From Laetmonice hystrix (lineage: Eukaryota): a stretch of 64,000 nucleotides of DNA. Made by a program: the position numbers and the translations under genes. Positions 12,678 through 23,411 of the stretch are shown piece by piece. Location: positions 2,730,001 to 2,794,000 of the forward strand of contig OZ249436.1 in the NCBI GenBank assembly GCA_965235115.1. The letters are read 5' to 3'. Numbering within the stretch: position 1 is the stretch's first letter; each line of letters starts with the position of its first letter. The notes under the pieces were generated by a model. That model was given only the letters and a program-made list of their open reading frames with translations. It was not told the origin of the DNA and made no database searches.

Positions 12678-15508
12678 TCATCGCTTCTCTAGCTGGCGAA
12701 ATTTGCTTTCTGAAAGGAGTTCAAAAAGGAAAGTTATACCTTAATAACAAATGAGGTTAGGGCGAAAAAACATTTGCTGACAACTCAGTTGTCTTGATTT
12801 ATGACTGTGCAGGTAATTTAGTGTTATCCTCTGCACTTGGTATTTTTAGTAGAATCTGACAAAATCATGATAAGCAATCGAGTACTTATATAAGTAATTA
12901 AAAATATACTTCTTTTCTCTTCCTGTATGTTCTAGAAATAATCTACTAGAGGTCACATGCTTACCAAGCCTTTTGGAGTAGGCATCTAATTTATATGCAG
13001 CCTGTTCTAGACTTGCCACACTCTCTTCAACCTGATCAATTTGATCAAGGTATGGTTGTAGACTTGCATCTAGGAATTCAAGAAATAGTACTTGACATGT
13101 AAAACTGATAATTTGTTTATGATCTTTTTCTTTTACTGCCTCATATTACCAGGGGTGGAAAAATCCGGTAATCCGACACCAGGGACTAGCTTTTTTTCTG
13201 GTCGACCTACCTCCAAGAGCCAAGCAAATGCATTAGACTAGTCCGATGTAATGCCCTTTTTGCCCACAACACGACTCTGGGCAAGTGGCCAAAAGTTGGA
13301 TTTTTCTACCCCTGATTACCACAACATTACCACTCTCACAAATATTTTACTATGCCAATAGTTGACTTGTTGTTCCGCGTTTTCTCCTGGTGCTTTTATG
13401 CAATTCAAAAATAACAAATAGTTGACAAGCTTTCTCACGTTAGGCAGGATGGCGATTGAACTTCATGAGGAGAAATAGAGAATTCTATGCTGCAGAGGGC
13501 AATTTATGCCAGAAGAATACAGTAACCCCTTGAAATAAACTGCTTTACCTTTCTACAAGAGTCCTAACTAGAAGGAAAATGTATTCTTTATGAAATGCTC
13601 CTATCTCAGTACTCACACTTGTCATTGAGGTCAACCATTGCCTTGTGGATATTAACTCAGTACTCACACTTGTCATTGAGGTCAACTATTGCTTTGTGGA
13701 TATTAACTCAGTACTCACACTTGTCATTGAGGTCAACCATTGCCTTGTGGATATTAACTCAGTACTCACACTTGTCATTGAGGTCAACCATTGCCTTGTG
13801 GATATTAACTCAGTACTCACACTTGTCATTGAGGTCAACCATTGCCTTGTGGATATTAACTCAGTACTCACACTTGTCATTGAGGTCAACCATTGCTTTG
13901 TGGATATTAACTCAGTACTCACACTTGTCATTGAGGTCAACCATTGCCTTGTGGATATTAACTCAGTACTCACACTTGTCATTGAGGTCAACCATTGCCT
14001 TGTGGATATTAACAGCAATTTGTTTCATCTCGCTGTACTTTGTAATTGTCGTCCGGTTCATCTGTTCCAGCAGTTTGTAGTCCTCTGCTGTGCCTGAGGA
14101 GAATCAACACAAGTTGTCATGACGAGTATCATTCCTTATAATCCAAGCTTGGAGATCAATTTAACAATCATGCTTATAGATAAAGAATCCTTGCATATAT
14201 CTTAATGTAGAAAATTTTAACGACACCCTGAAAAATTAATATTTTTAAATGATTCCGACTACTTTGTTCTTTCAAAGGCCTTTTGTAATTTCCAGTGTTG
14301 TCGCCAGCTTTTTTTTGGCATTGCGGGCTGCTAAGCTGTGTATTTAGGCTGCTACGCTGTCTTTTAGGCCACTTCACTGTCTTTTGAACAGCGTAGTGGC
14401 AAAAACTTGTCTAAATTCAACAGAACCCACAGGAATACCAGTAAAATGCCGATCAGCTTGTGGCTGCAGGGAAAATATTATCAGAACTCTTCTGTATACA
14501 TGTGAAAACAATAAATAAAAGTCTCTTGACATGTTTTCCGTTTTCCAGAAATAATGAAAGATACCGTTTTAGTTACCCAATCCTCCCCAATCTACTAATC
14601 CACCTTCAAAATGATCTCATTGACCTCAACAATATTATACATTATCATGGCACCTACTGGCAAGTTCTCCTTGAAGGTATTCTCCTGTTTTCTGAAAAGT
14701 TTCATGACAGAGCTCAGTGACATCAGGTGGAGGAGGTTCCTTGGCCTCTGCTGCCGGTTCAACTACTTCAACTGATGCCGGGGTTGGTGGCTCTGACGAA
14801 GACATTTAAATCCTTGAATTCAACTTCAAAACTGACAAACATTAATAATTTGTTTCAAGAAAGGACATCTGGTAAAAATAAGTAAATTTGTATCATCATT
14901 AAATGAAGGCCTTATTCAGGACCTTACCCCAAACTCAGACTTATTTAGCCATTGCCAGCTAATATTTATAATGTTTTAATGGTTAATTCTGGCTTGATTT
15001 GTCCACAATAGCAATAGGCACAGTGACCAATAATAATTTTTTTTTAATGTGGTAATTTATGCCTAAATTAAATCCACCAGAATGCATCATTTTATGGAAA
15101 ATTTTAAAAAAAATTCCAGGGGAACGTGTCCCCGGACACCCCCCCCCCCCCCCTCCCTAGCATTGCTTCGCGCCGTCGGCGCTCACCATCACCCGCAAGC
15201 CTTTCACAAAAACTTGGCAGCCCTGCAGTTGCTGCACTTCCTGTGCCATTCATCATGATCATCCATCATGATCATGCCATTTCATCGGGGAGGGGAGGGG
15301 TGTATCTGTAGACTCTATCTCCGGTCGAAAAGTATTGCAATTAATGAGTTAAATATCGAATTAATCCTAATCACGCCGAGTGATAATAATGGTAGATCTT
15401 TTTGATGGTCCAGGCATATTAAACCATCACGTACTGTTTGTGTAGAAGGAAGCTAAATTACAAACCTGATGTTTCGCCACTTTGAGAAGTGTCTGCTGTA
15501 TCCGCCAT
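12678..15508 (-). CDS. BLOC1S2: BLOC-1 subunit 2 (BLOS2), 5 coding exons, ~144 aa
   Basis: Exons 15508-15466, 14792-14658, 14093-13974, 13069-12965, 12709-12678 with consistent phases: [17 protein letters not shown]...[43 protein letters not shown]...[45 protein letters not shown], matching BLOS2. Exon-2 acceptor choice is inferred. Confidence 0.92.
13150..13314. mobile_element. MITE, CAGGG termini, 5-bp TSD (attac)
   Basis: caggggtggaaaaatcc / ggatttttctacccctg; attac on both sides. Confidence 0.7.
13605..14013. repeat. 51-bp minisatellite x8 duplicating the BLOC1S2 exon-3 end and splice donor
   Basis: Minus-strand unit GTTAATATCCACAAGGCAATGGTTGACCTCAATGACAAGT|gtgagtactga; the first copy is the real exon end. 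Confidence 0.95.
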
Positions 15509-15842
15509 CTTGGTCTTGGACTGACGGAAAGGTCCCTTGTGAATTGAATAATAAAAATCTGCGAAGATTCCAAGTCGTGATACTGTTTACCGGAATTTCT
15601 ATAAAGAAATGTTCCCCCAAAAGTAGCCAGAAATATATTTTTCATAATAGAAAACACTTGTAATTGTTTTTGTCTGATATAAATTGATATTTGATATAAG
15701 CGGTCAAAGCGATCTCCGAAAAGGATCCGGAAATCAAAGGGGACCAAATAAACAAACGTGACTGTGTAGTTTATTTAATCTGTGTAGCCCTAGACGATTA
15801 TTTTGACCACACAGAAGTCAGTGCAGATATACATGTACCAAG
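15509..15842. promoter_or_regulatory. Bidirectional promoter BLOC1S2/RNF181
   Basis: Divergent ATGs at 15508 (-) and 15843 (+), 334 bp apart; ccggaa ETS-like cores near 15591 and 15727. Confidence 0.7.
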
Positions 15843-18800
15843 ATGTCTTCATATTTTGATGAACATGATTGTCAGCCTCTTGGTGAAGGTGAACAACCAA
15901 ATCATTTGCTCCATCTTGCCAGGTACGGTCTAGTTAGTGCCTTACTAGGCTTAGTTAGAGAGCCTTAGTCGTTCATTTACCGGTACCCGGTACTGCCATT
16001 CCGGGTACTAACTGTCTATATTAGATCGTTCTGCTAGACTAAGGCTGTCATTGAGTTGCTCATCCCTGGTAATGATAATCTCACCAGTCAACTTGTTACA
16101 GGACTGTCGCTTTAAATTTAATGTAATTGATACATTTCAATCACTTCTATTATACTATATTTATAGAATGGAACCTGTTTGTACACGGAATACTTAACTC
16201 TGTGTATTATTATCGTTCATGTACTCATACAGAGCCTTACTCTAATGCCCGCCACACACTGTACGATTCCCAGTCGGCAGCAAAACACACGGCGCCGCAC
16301 ACTATACGACTCAAGTCATAAGCCCCCGCACACTTTAAGATCCGACTGTGATCCGATTCAAAATTGGAATCGGCTGTCTGGGGCCTTGCGACCCTTCCGA
16401 TCGTCATAGGAGAGTCATATGTGAGTCATAAGCAAATCATAAGCGAGTCATAAGCCCCGAATGCAATCGGATCATAAGAAAATCGTATAGTGTGCGGTGG
16501 GCATTAGTCTTGAATTCGACCCAATCACAATGGATTCAGTGTTAAGTTCTTAAACAGGAACCGTCATTGATGTGTTAAAATGTGGAATAGTGGCATACAC
16601 AGGTCTTATTTAATGCACATAATACATTCCAGGCTGCTCACGGGGAAAAAAAATTTCCACAAGCACTTTATAGCCTTTTTTTTGCAAAATGGACACAGAA
16701 AGGTTCAAATTGCGCGCGAATTATGTTAATGAGATTTTGACGTCAAATCGAGAACACAACCGAGAGGAAAATGGCGGCCACAGTGGTAAACACGAGTGAG
16801 GACAGTGCACTCCTCCTCCTCGTTTAGGTCCTTGTCTAACTTTGAAGATTTTGTGCTACCGTACCAGAGTAGCAGGATAAGACTGAAGCCAGTAAAGATT
16901 ATCACCAACAGGCAGAACCACTGCAGTTTGGGCCGTACATCACGGTTCGAACCTGTGATCGAGGCCGGTAGATGGGGCAGTGTCACTGGCTGACGGGGGA
17001 GGGGGAGGGGGCATGGCCGGACTAGTCTGTCAACTGCATGCAGTAACTGTTGCTGACGGGCCCTGCCCACCAAGTCCACCAAATAGCGGAAATTACACAC
17101 ATTCTGATTGCTCTTTCGATCAAATAACAAGTTTAAGAATTGTCACCAGTCGAAATCATCGCCGATGACGATGCGTTTCCATGCTTTAAGTTTAAGTTTG
17201 TTTACAAACACCGACCGATCCGTGGCCACACACACACTGAGTCTGAGTGAAACGGGAATGGCAGGGTGGAAACAGACCACTAACTAATGCCAAACTTGGC
17301 CGAAATTGATGTAAATCGAGATTTAATTGATATCCATGGCCCATAGAGTAGGCTCCTAGGCCCCTATAGACGAGATCTAGGCTTTTCGTGACAACTAGAT
17401 CTAGGCCCGGTTTCTCGAAAATACTTAAGTCTGAGTTTTACTCAACTTTACTCAACTCAGGAAATGAAGGATTCGCATTGGCTAAAAACGTTCTTTTGAG
17501 TAGATTTAAGTGAAACTTAGACTTAAGTATACTTAAGTATGTTCGAGAAATCGGGCCCTAGGCCTATAGTTAGTATAGGTAAACGGTGGCGGATCCTGAC
17601 TGTCACTCAGTCTCAGGTCTTCTGACCGTCACCCTCACAGTCACAGCTACACTGCCGTTACAGTCAGGCATGAGCTACAGTCAGGCTGCCATGGTGAGTT
17701 TGTCTTGACTTTGGGTCCGCCCCTCCTAGGCTACAAACCTATAAAGATTAGGCTAAACCCAACTTGTATTTTGCCCAGTTGTCGGAACAATCGGCAGCAC
17801 AACGTACAGCAGGCTTGTGCCAAGTTGTGGGCGGTGGCTCCCAGACCCAGTGGCAGAGCGCTCTCTAGTCTAGACAAAATTTTCGGATGCTGCTGAGTGC
17901 TGATTACTCCAAGGAAACTAAAAAAAATTGTTGTCCTGGTGGTCACAGAACATAGCTACACACCGTCGGGACATTTTTCTAACTTAAAATTTATTTTTTA
18001 AAATGAATATCACTTAAGATCACAGGCTACATAACGGCTCGAGCAATGGCACACACAGGGGAATCCCGAAACGTCACAAAGATCGTTCTCGATTTGACGT
18101 CACTATCTGGTGCGGGTTTTCAATAGCATTTCGTTTCTAGGGCCGTTGCTATGGGCCGTTCTAATTAACGGGTGGACATAATAAAACGCAATTAACGAAT
18201 TTTATTCCTCTATCGTATTACATTCAGTACATATCATGAGATGCCTTCTAAATGACAGTAGACGGTACATCTTTAATGATTGAATAATATATAATAGGGA
18301 CGTAGACAAGTGGTAAAATCTGGGGGAGCTATGGATGGTTGTTAACTTGAAGACTGTGCTAGAAAACAACCTGGGGCACAAAGGTCTCTGCTGTCCTTTA
18401 AAAATCGGGGGGGGGGGCCCACCTTGTCTACGCCCTTGTATAATATATATGCGGTGGATATTTTGCCAGAAAACTGCAAGAGTCTTGAATGGCTATTCTG
18501 CCAGAACGATACCTCTACTTCAGTCTGGTGCACTTATTGCAGTTGTGGACATAGAAATGTTTTCTTCATAGACCTGCATGCCAGCAAGCATTCAATGAAC
18601 GCTATTGAGTATTGTGCCAGCATTACGGTCAATCAGGGGGTCAGTTGGGGGGGGGGTCAGCTGACTGACTGACCCCACCGACTGAGGCCCCCCTCCCCTG
18701 ACTGATCCTCCCAACGAAGCCCCTAAGCTGACTGGCCCCCAACTGAACCCCCTCCCGACTGCTGACTGAGCCCCCAGACTGACCCACACCCCCAACTGAC

Positions 18801-20353
18801 CATGATGCTGGCATCCATTGAGCATGCCACCAAATCTGTGAAGGAAACATTCTTCAGTCTACAACTAGAATAAGTGCACATGTGCATTGGAAGTAGAGGG
18901 ATCTTTCCAGCAGAATAGTCATTAAACAATCTTGCCATCTTCCAGCAAACCCAAGACCTCCTGTAAAACATGCACCCATTGACTAAATTAACTAATTATT
19001 AATTAACTAATTGTCAGCAAACTCTTCTTTCAAGACTACTGCTAGATACTGGGCTTGCACGTGAATGGGACCTTGAATTTGAAAGGTACAGTTATAAACA
19101 GCTTATTGGCTTAGACAGCAATGTGCAACACTGATAAAAGTAACCATACGATATGCTGTTGGCATATTATACGTTGAATAATGCTTTTAAAAGGAAAAAG
19201 TCTGAATTAAGATTTCATACTCTGACTTTCAACTCAAAGGGGGAGAAATTCTATGTTATATTTCCAAAATACCCCTTTCCAAGAAATTATTTTGCTTTCA
19301 GCATATTTAATGGTGAAAGACCAGCACCTGCAGCATCCAAAAAAGTGGTTGAGGAGCTTCCCACCTTGATAGTCACAGCTGCTCAAGAGGGTGAGCATAG
19401 CTATATTCATTTAACATTCATTTACTTTAGATCTATGAATAATATTTGCTTAGACTTTGCTTGTACATGTATTAGTAATGTATTTGAATGACTATTCTAA
19501 AAATCTAAATATTCTCTTGCAATGACTTACCGGGGGGTATCTTTCTTTTTTTTAGATTCCGCAGGTCAAGTCACATCCTTTCATTGCGTTTAAAATTTTG
19601 TTTCCATAGCACAATGTTTGAAGTGCCCTGTGTGCCTCGGTGAATACAGTGAAGGCGATTCTATTCACGTGTTGCCATGTAAACACAACTTTCATCCCGG
19701 GTGTATACGACCATGGCTACAGAAGGTAGGTTAGATTTACCCACACCCACCCATCTCTGACCCTGCTGGAGGCTTGCAGATTTAATATACAGGAGAAAGA
19801 AGATCTCATTGTCATCTGAACTCTACACTTGAAACTTATCAGGATGATATTAACTAAACAAATTAAAATAATATTCATCAACTTTTAGACCAATTCCTGT
19901 CCTGTTTGCCGGCATGAACTTCCAACGGATGACCCTGACTATGAGGAATTAAAGAAGCAGAAGGTAAGAGGACTAAGTAACAAAACCCATCTGTTCACTA
20001 TCAGTATCACTGTGAACGTATACTGAGATCATCTCATTTCAACGAAATTGTTTCAAGTCCAGTTGACAAAATGTTTTGGCTCACCCGAACTTGCATTCAC
20101 TCAAAACCAGTTAATTAACCTTTTATATTTTTTTAAAGGAGGAAAATAATTAACAAATTTTATGCATAAAATGGACTGTACTTACTGAACTATGGTAATG
20201 GCTTTAGGTTGGTCCATCTGAAAGTGCCAATCTTGTTTGTCCAAGTCCAAGGATCTAGGTTTTCTAAAGAACATACTTTTTGTTTTCTTTCAGGCTCGAA
20301 AAAAGCAGCGGGAGTTTGAACAGCAAAGTTTGCAAGATTCAATGTTTGGGTAA
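15843..20353 (+). CDS. RNF181: E3 ubiquitin ligase RNF181 (RING-H2), 6 exons, ~156 aa
   Basis: Exons 15843-15922, 19035-19085, 19302-19390, 19610-19725, 19889-19963, 20294-20353: [13 protein letters not shown]...[14 protein letters not shown]...KCPVCLGEY...[49 protein letters not shown]...SMFG*. Confidence 0.95.
16243..16506. mobile_element. MITE with ~26 bp TIRs (TA/TAA-type flanks)
   Basis: taatgcccgccacacactgtacgatt / aatcgtatagtgtgcggtgggcatta. Confidence 0.7.
16554..18272. mobile_element. Kolobok-like deletion-derivative DNA transposon in RNF181 intron 1
   Basis: TTAA on both sides (16550-53, 18273-76); imperfect TIR acaggaaccgtc / gacggtacatct; perfect 18-bp subterminal inverted repeat 16738-16755 / 18085-18102; decayed THAP start on - strand at 17974 ([20 protein letters not shown]...FV*TR). 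Confidence 0.65.
17404..17557. mobile_element. PIF/Harbinger-like MITE nested in the Kolobok-like element
   Basis: ggcccggtttctcgaaaatacttaagt / acttaagtatgttcgagaaatcgggcc; 3-bp TSD cta. Confidence 0.75.
18295..18438. mobile_element. Small MITE
   Basis: tagggacgtagacaag ... cttgtctacgcccttg inverted ends, poly-G near right end. Confidence 0.55.
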
Positions 20354-20521
20354 CAAAAATAATTTTGACCTTGATTTTATTAACCTACGCTGTTGTAGGT
20401 TAGATCAAGGGTATCACCCGCTGGCTTGGCTGTCAGAGCTCAAGTAGTGTAAAGATTCTTATCATGTTATCGATTGCATCATCACCAAGTTGACAAAGCC
20501 GGATTACAGCCATGACTCTAC

Positions 20522-20715
20522 CACACGTGACCTAGGGGTCTAATAAAATGTACAACTACACGTGACCTAGGGGCCTAATAAAATGTATGGCTACATGTCA
20601 CATGTGACCTAGGGGTCTAATAAAATGTAGGACTACATGTCACATGTGACCGAGGGGTCTAATTAAATGTACGGCTACATGTCACATGTGACCCAGGGGT
20701 CTAATAAAATGTATG
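20522..20715 (+). repeat. 35-42 bp tandem repeat x5 in RNF181 3' region, each unit with a polyA hexamer
   Basis: AATAAA at 20542, 20577, 20619, 20703; ATTAAA at 20662. Confidence 0.85.
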
Positions 20716-23411
20716 GCCTTTTAAACTGGTGTACAGTATTATTCATTCCATTATAAAGTTTCTATTCAAATAACAATAGCATGGATGCCACCTGGGATTT
20801 GAAACAAAACATTTCCCTTCTGAGGCACCCTGAGTTTTTTCCGTGATTTTTTATGTCCCCCCCCCCCCCCCCCCCCATTCCCTTACTGGAAAAATGGAAC
20901 CTCATTTTCAAGGTTTTCCCTGATTTCCAGAGTGGATTGGAACCCTGAATGGTGTATTTGGGGCATTTTGTCTGAGCATCGATTTCTCGGATTTCGTTCC
21001 TCAAATCGGCCATTATGGGCTCTTCACTTAGCGGCGTCTCATTCTAACACGTAAAACTATGAACGCTTAGTCCGAGAGCCGTATTCGTCTTCGATTTAAT
21101 CAGTGTTTTGGTGAATATCTGAATTTAGCATGCTTGCGTGAGATGGACGCTGAATGTGGAAGTCACACGCTTAGGTCTGGGGTCTCGAGTATGATGACCT
21201 TCCGAGGATCAGCGTGTTCAGCTTCAGACATGTTGTAAAATGTAATTTACACGTATATATATACAGTAATTGTATACGAGGATGATAGGGATGGTAAGAA
21301 TATCAATTAAGGATTATAGGAGTGCATGCATTATCTTATGAATAATTATAACAATGTTACATTAAAGAGTACATTACCGCTCCACATATATTCGCATTGA
21401 ATATGGTAGAAAATGAACTTTTTGCACACGATACCATTAATGGTTAGTATTGGTAAATAATACGCCAGCGGATAGAAATGGTCAGGCTGAGCTGGTATAT
21501 TATATAGCCGCGATGAGGTGCCCGTTCCAGCCTCGGTATTAAGTCACTATTTGGTGCATGCATCTCACAAATTTATAACCTTCCAATGATGGGGAATACT
21601 GTGTATTTTATCTAGATAAGGTGAGGGGCTTTATTCACAAAGCAGATGCAAGAATTGTGTATGTACTACATGTATTACACGTTATAGGGAAGCTATTGAA
21701 ATTAAGTCAATAAAATGAAGTCCACGGTAATATGTTTACAGTGGCCAATTCTAGCAATGCTACAATTCGGGGACCACCAAAAAGAAGGGATGCCAATTCC
21801 AAGTGATTATCAACTACATATTTTTTTTTATTGCATTTTTTGGTATTTTACATCCGAACTTTACAATTTTCCACAGCCCTTTGCCACAGTTCAAAAAACC
21901 GCAGGACTGTACAAACACCAAATGAGAAAAGCGCTGATTCTGTTAACATCCTTGGTTCTTTGGATCAGATGCAAACTCTCAGGTTTCCGTGGGGTTTCCA
22001 ATCTTATGCCTCTTCCAAGTATACGGGTGGCACAAAACACGACCACCCACGAATAAATCACGTGCTACATCAGTTTAATGAATTGTATGGACACGTGGAC
22101 ATCCGACTCATTCCACTTAGAAATGGGAACCTGCCATTTCCTGCATATCTTAGGATGCAATGTGCAAGACGGTATGGCAAACTGTAGGATAAATGACTTA
22201 CATTTCCAGGTCATGATTTAAAGAAAGTTAAAAATGCAATGAATAGAAAATCCAATAGGATCTGCAAGCGTTCCTTGTTTATAGTCAAGATGCTTCTGCC
22301 ATCTGTTAAATTCAAAAAGGAATGCCTTCATCAAAGCTGTGAAGTCCGCCTTTGCCACTAATACCCCCCCCCCCCCCTTAGGTTACGAACAAAACGACAT
22401 CTTTCCGATAAAAAGTACACATACACTTTTATTTACGAGTTTCAACTTTCACAGGACTCACACCTTTCCGTTCTCCTCGACCAGTCCCGACAAACGACTG
22501 AGACATAATTATATAAAAAATAAAACCTCTGCTCTAACATTGATCGGATGGTCACAAACCCCACATAAAATGCAATGAAGAGTGCAGCACAATGTCACAC
22601 ATGATAAACGTCATCTTCGGGCGTCCTTGATCACCCGTCCTTGTATCATGCATGTCAAAAGACGTGAACTATATTACACAATACCATTGTCCATCACCAG
22701 GACTCGCACAGCACGGACTGGGGGAATCCAGTCCAGTGTGACAATCAAATATTAGGCCTGTCACACAACTTCAAGGTTGCCTTATGTTCTTGCTTTTGAA
22801 GTGATCTACCACCGCTGCTGTGTTAACCAAGGAACTACCAATGGGTAGAGATGATCAATGCGGGAACTACGACGCAGTGGCAAGCTCCTCAGCAGAAACC
22901 TCCTGAAACAGAACAGGTGAACTGGTAAGTGAACTAGTGACGATTCAACTCAAAAACATACATCAAAATATATCTTCAGAAATTTTGACAGTTGGAAATG
23001 CATCTCTTCACTGAACAAATGCTATTCGATAGATCCAATTTATCTCCAGATGCATTCAAACGGCACAAAATATATCCACATGCAGCACTAAAAATAAAAA
23101 GAGGCAGGGAGGCTACAATAAAAGCCCTTACTTTTTTCCCAGATTAACCAAAACTTTACTTGAAAGTCCTGCCAAGAAGAAAGCATGTCTAGCGTGTCAC
23201 GTCAACTGTACCTTGTTGCTTCCCTGACGAACAAGTTATTTAAATTCCCTGCTTTGTCTTTGCCATGTCACCAGTCACTTATTTATACTTTTGCTACAGG
23301 AGGGGATGGGGCCATTGAATTGTTAGTGCTGCCTTTCCTATTTCCCTACTCGTAAATATGAGGCACTAGTCCCTCACCTTGAGAGAAGAGAATGCTACGT
23401 GTCAAAGATGT

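Noticed and set aside
14803..14805. ATG (MSSSEPP) as BLOC1S2 start
   Set aside because: An upstream exon with strong aagATGgcgg context splices in frame and gives a typical ~144-aa length; the internal ATG remains only a possible alternative.
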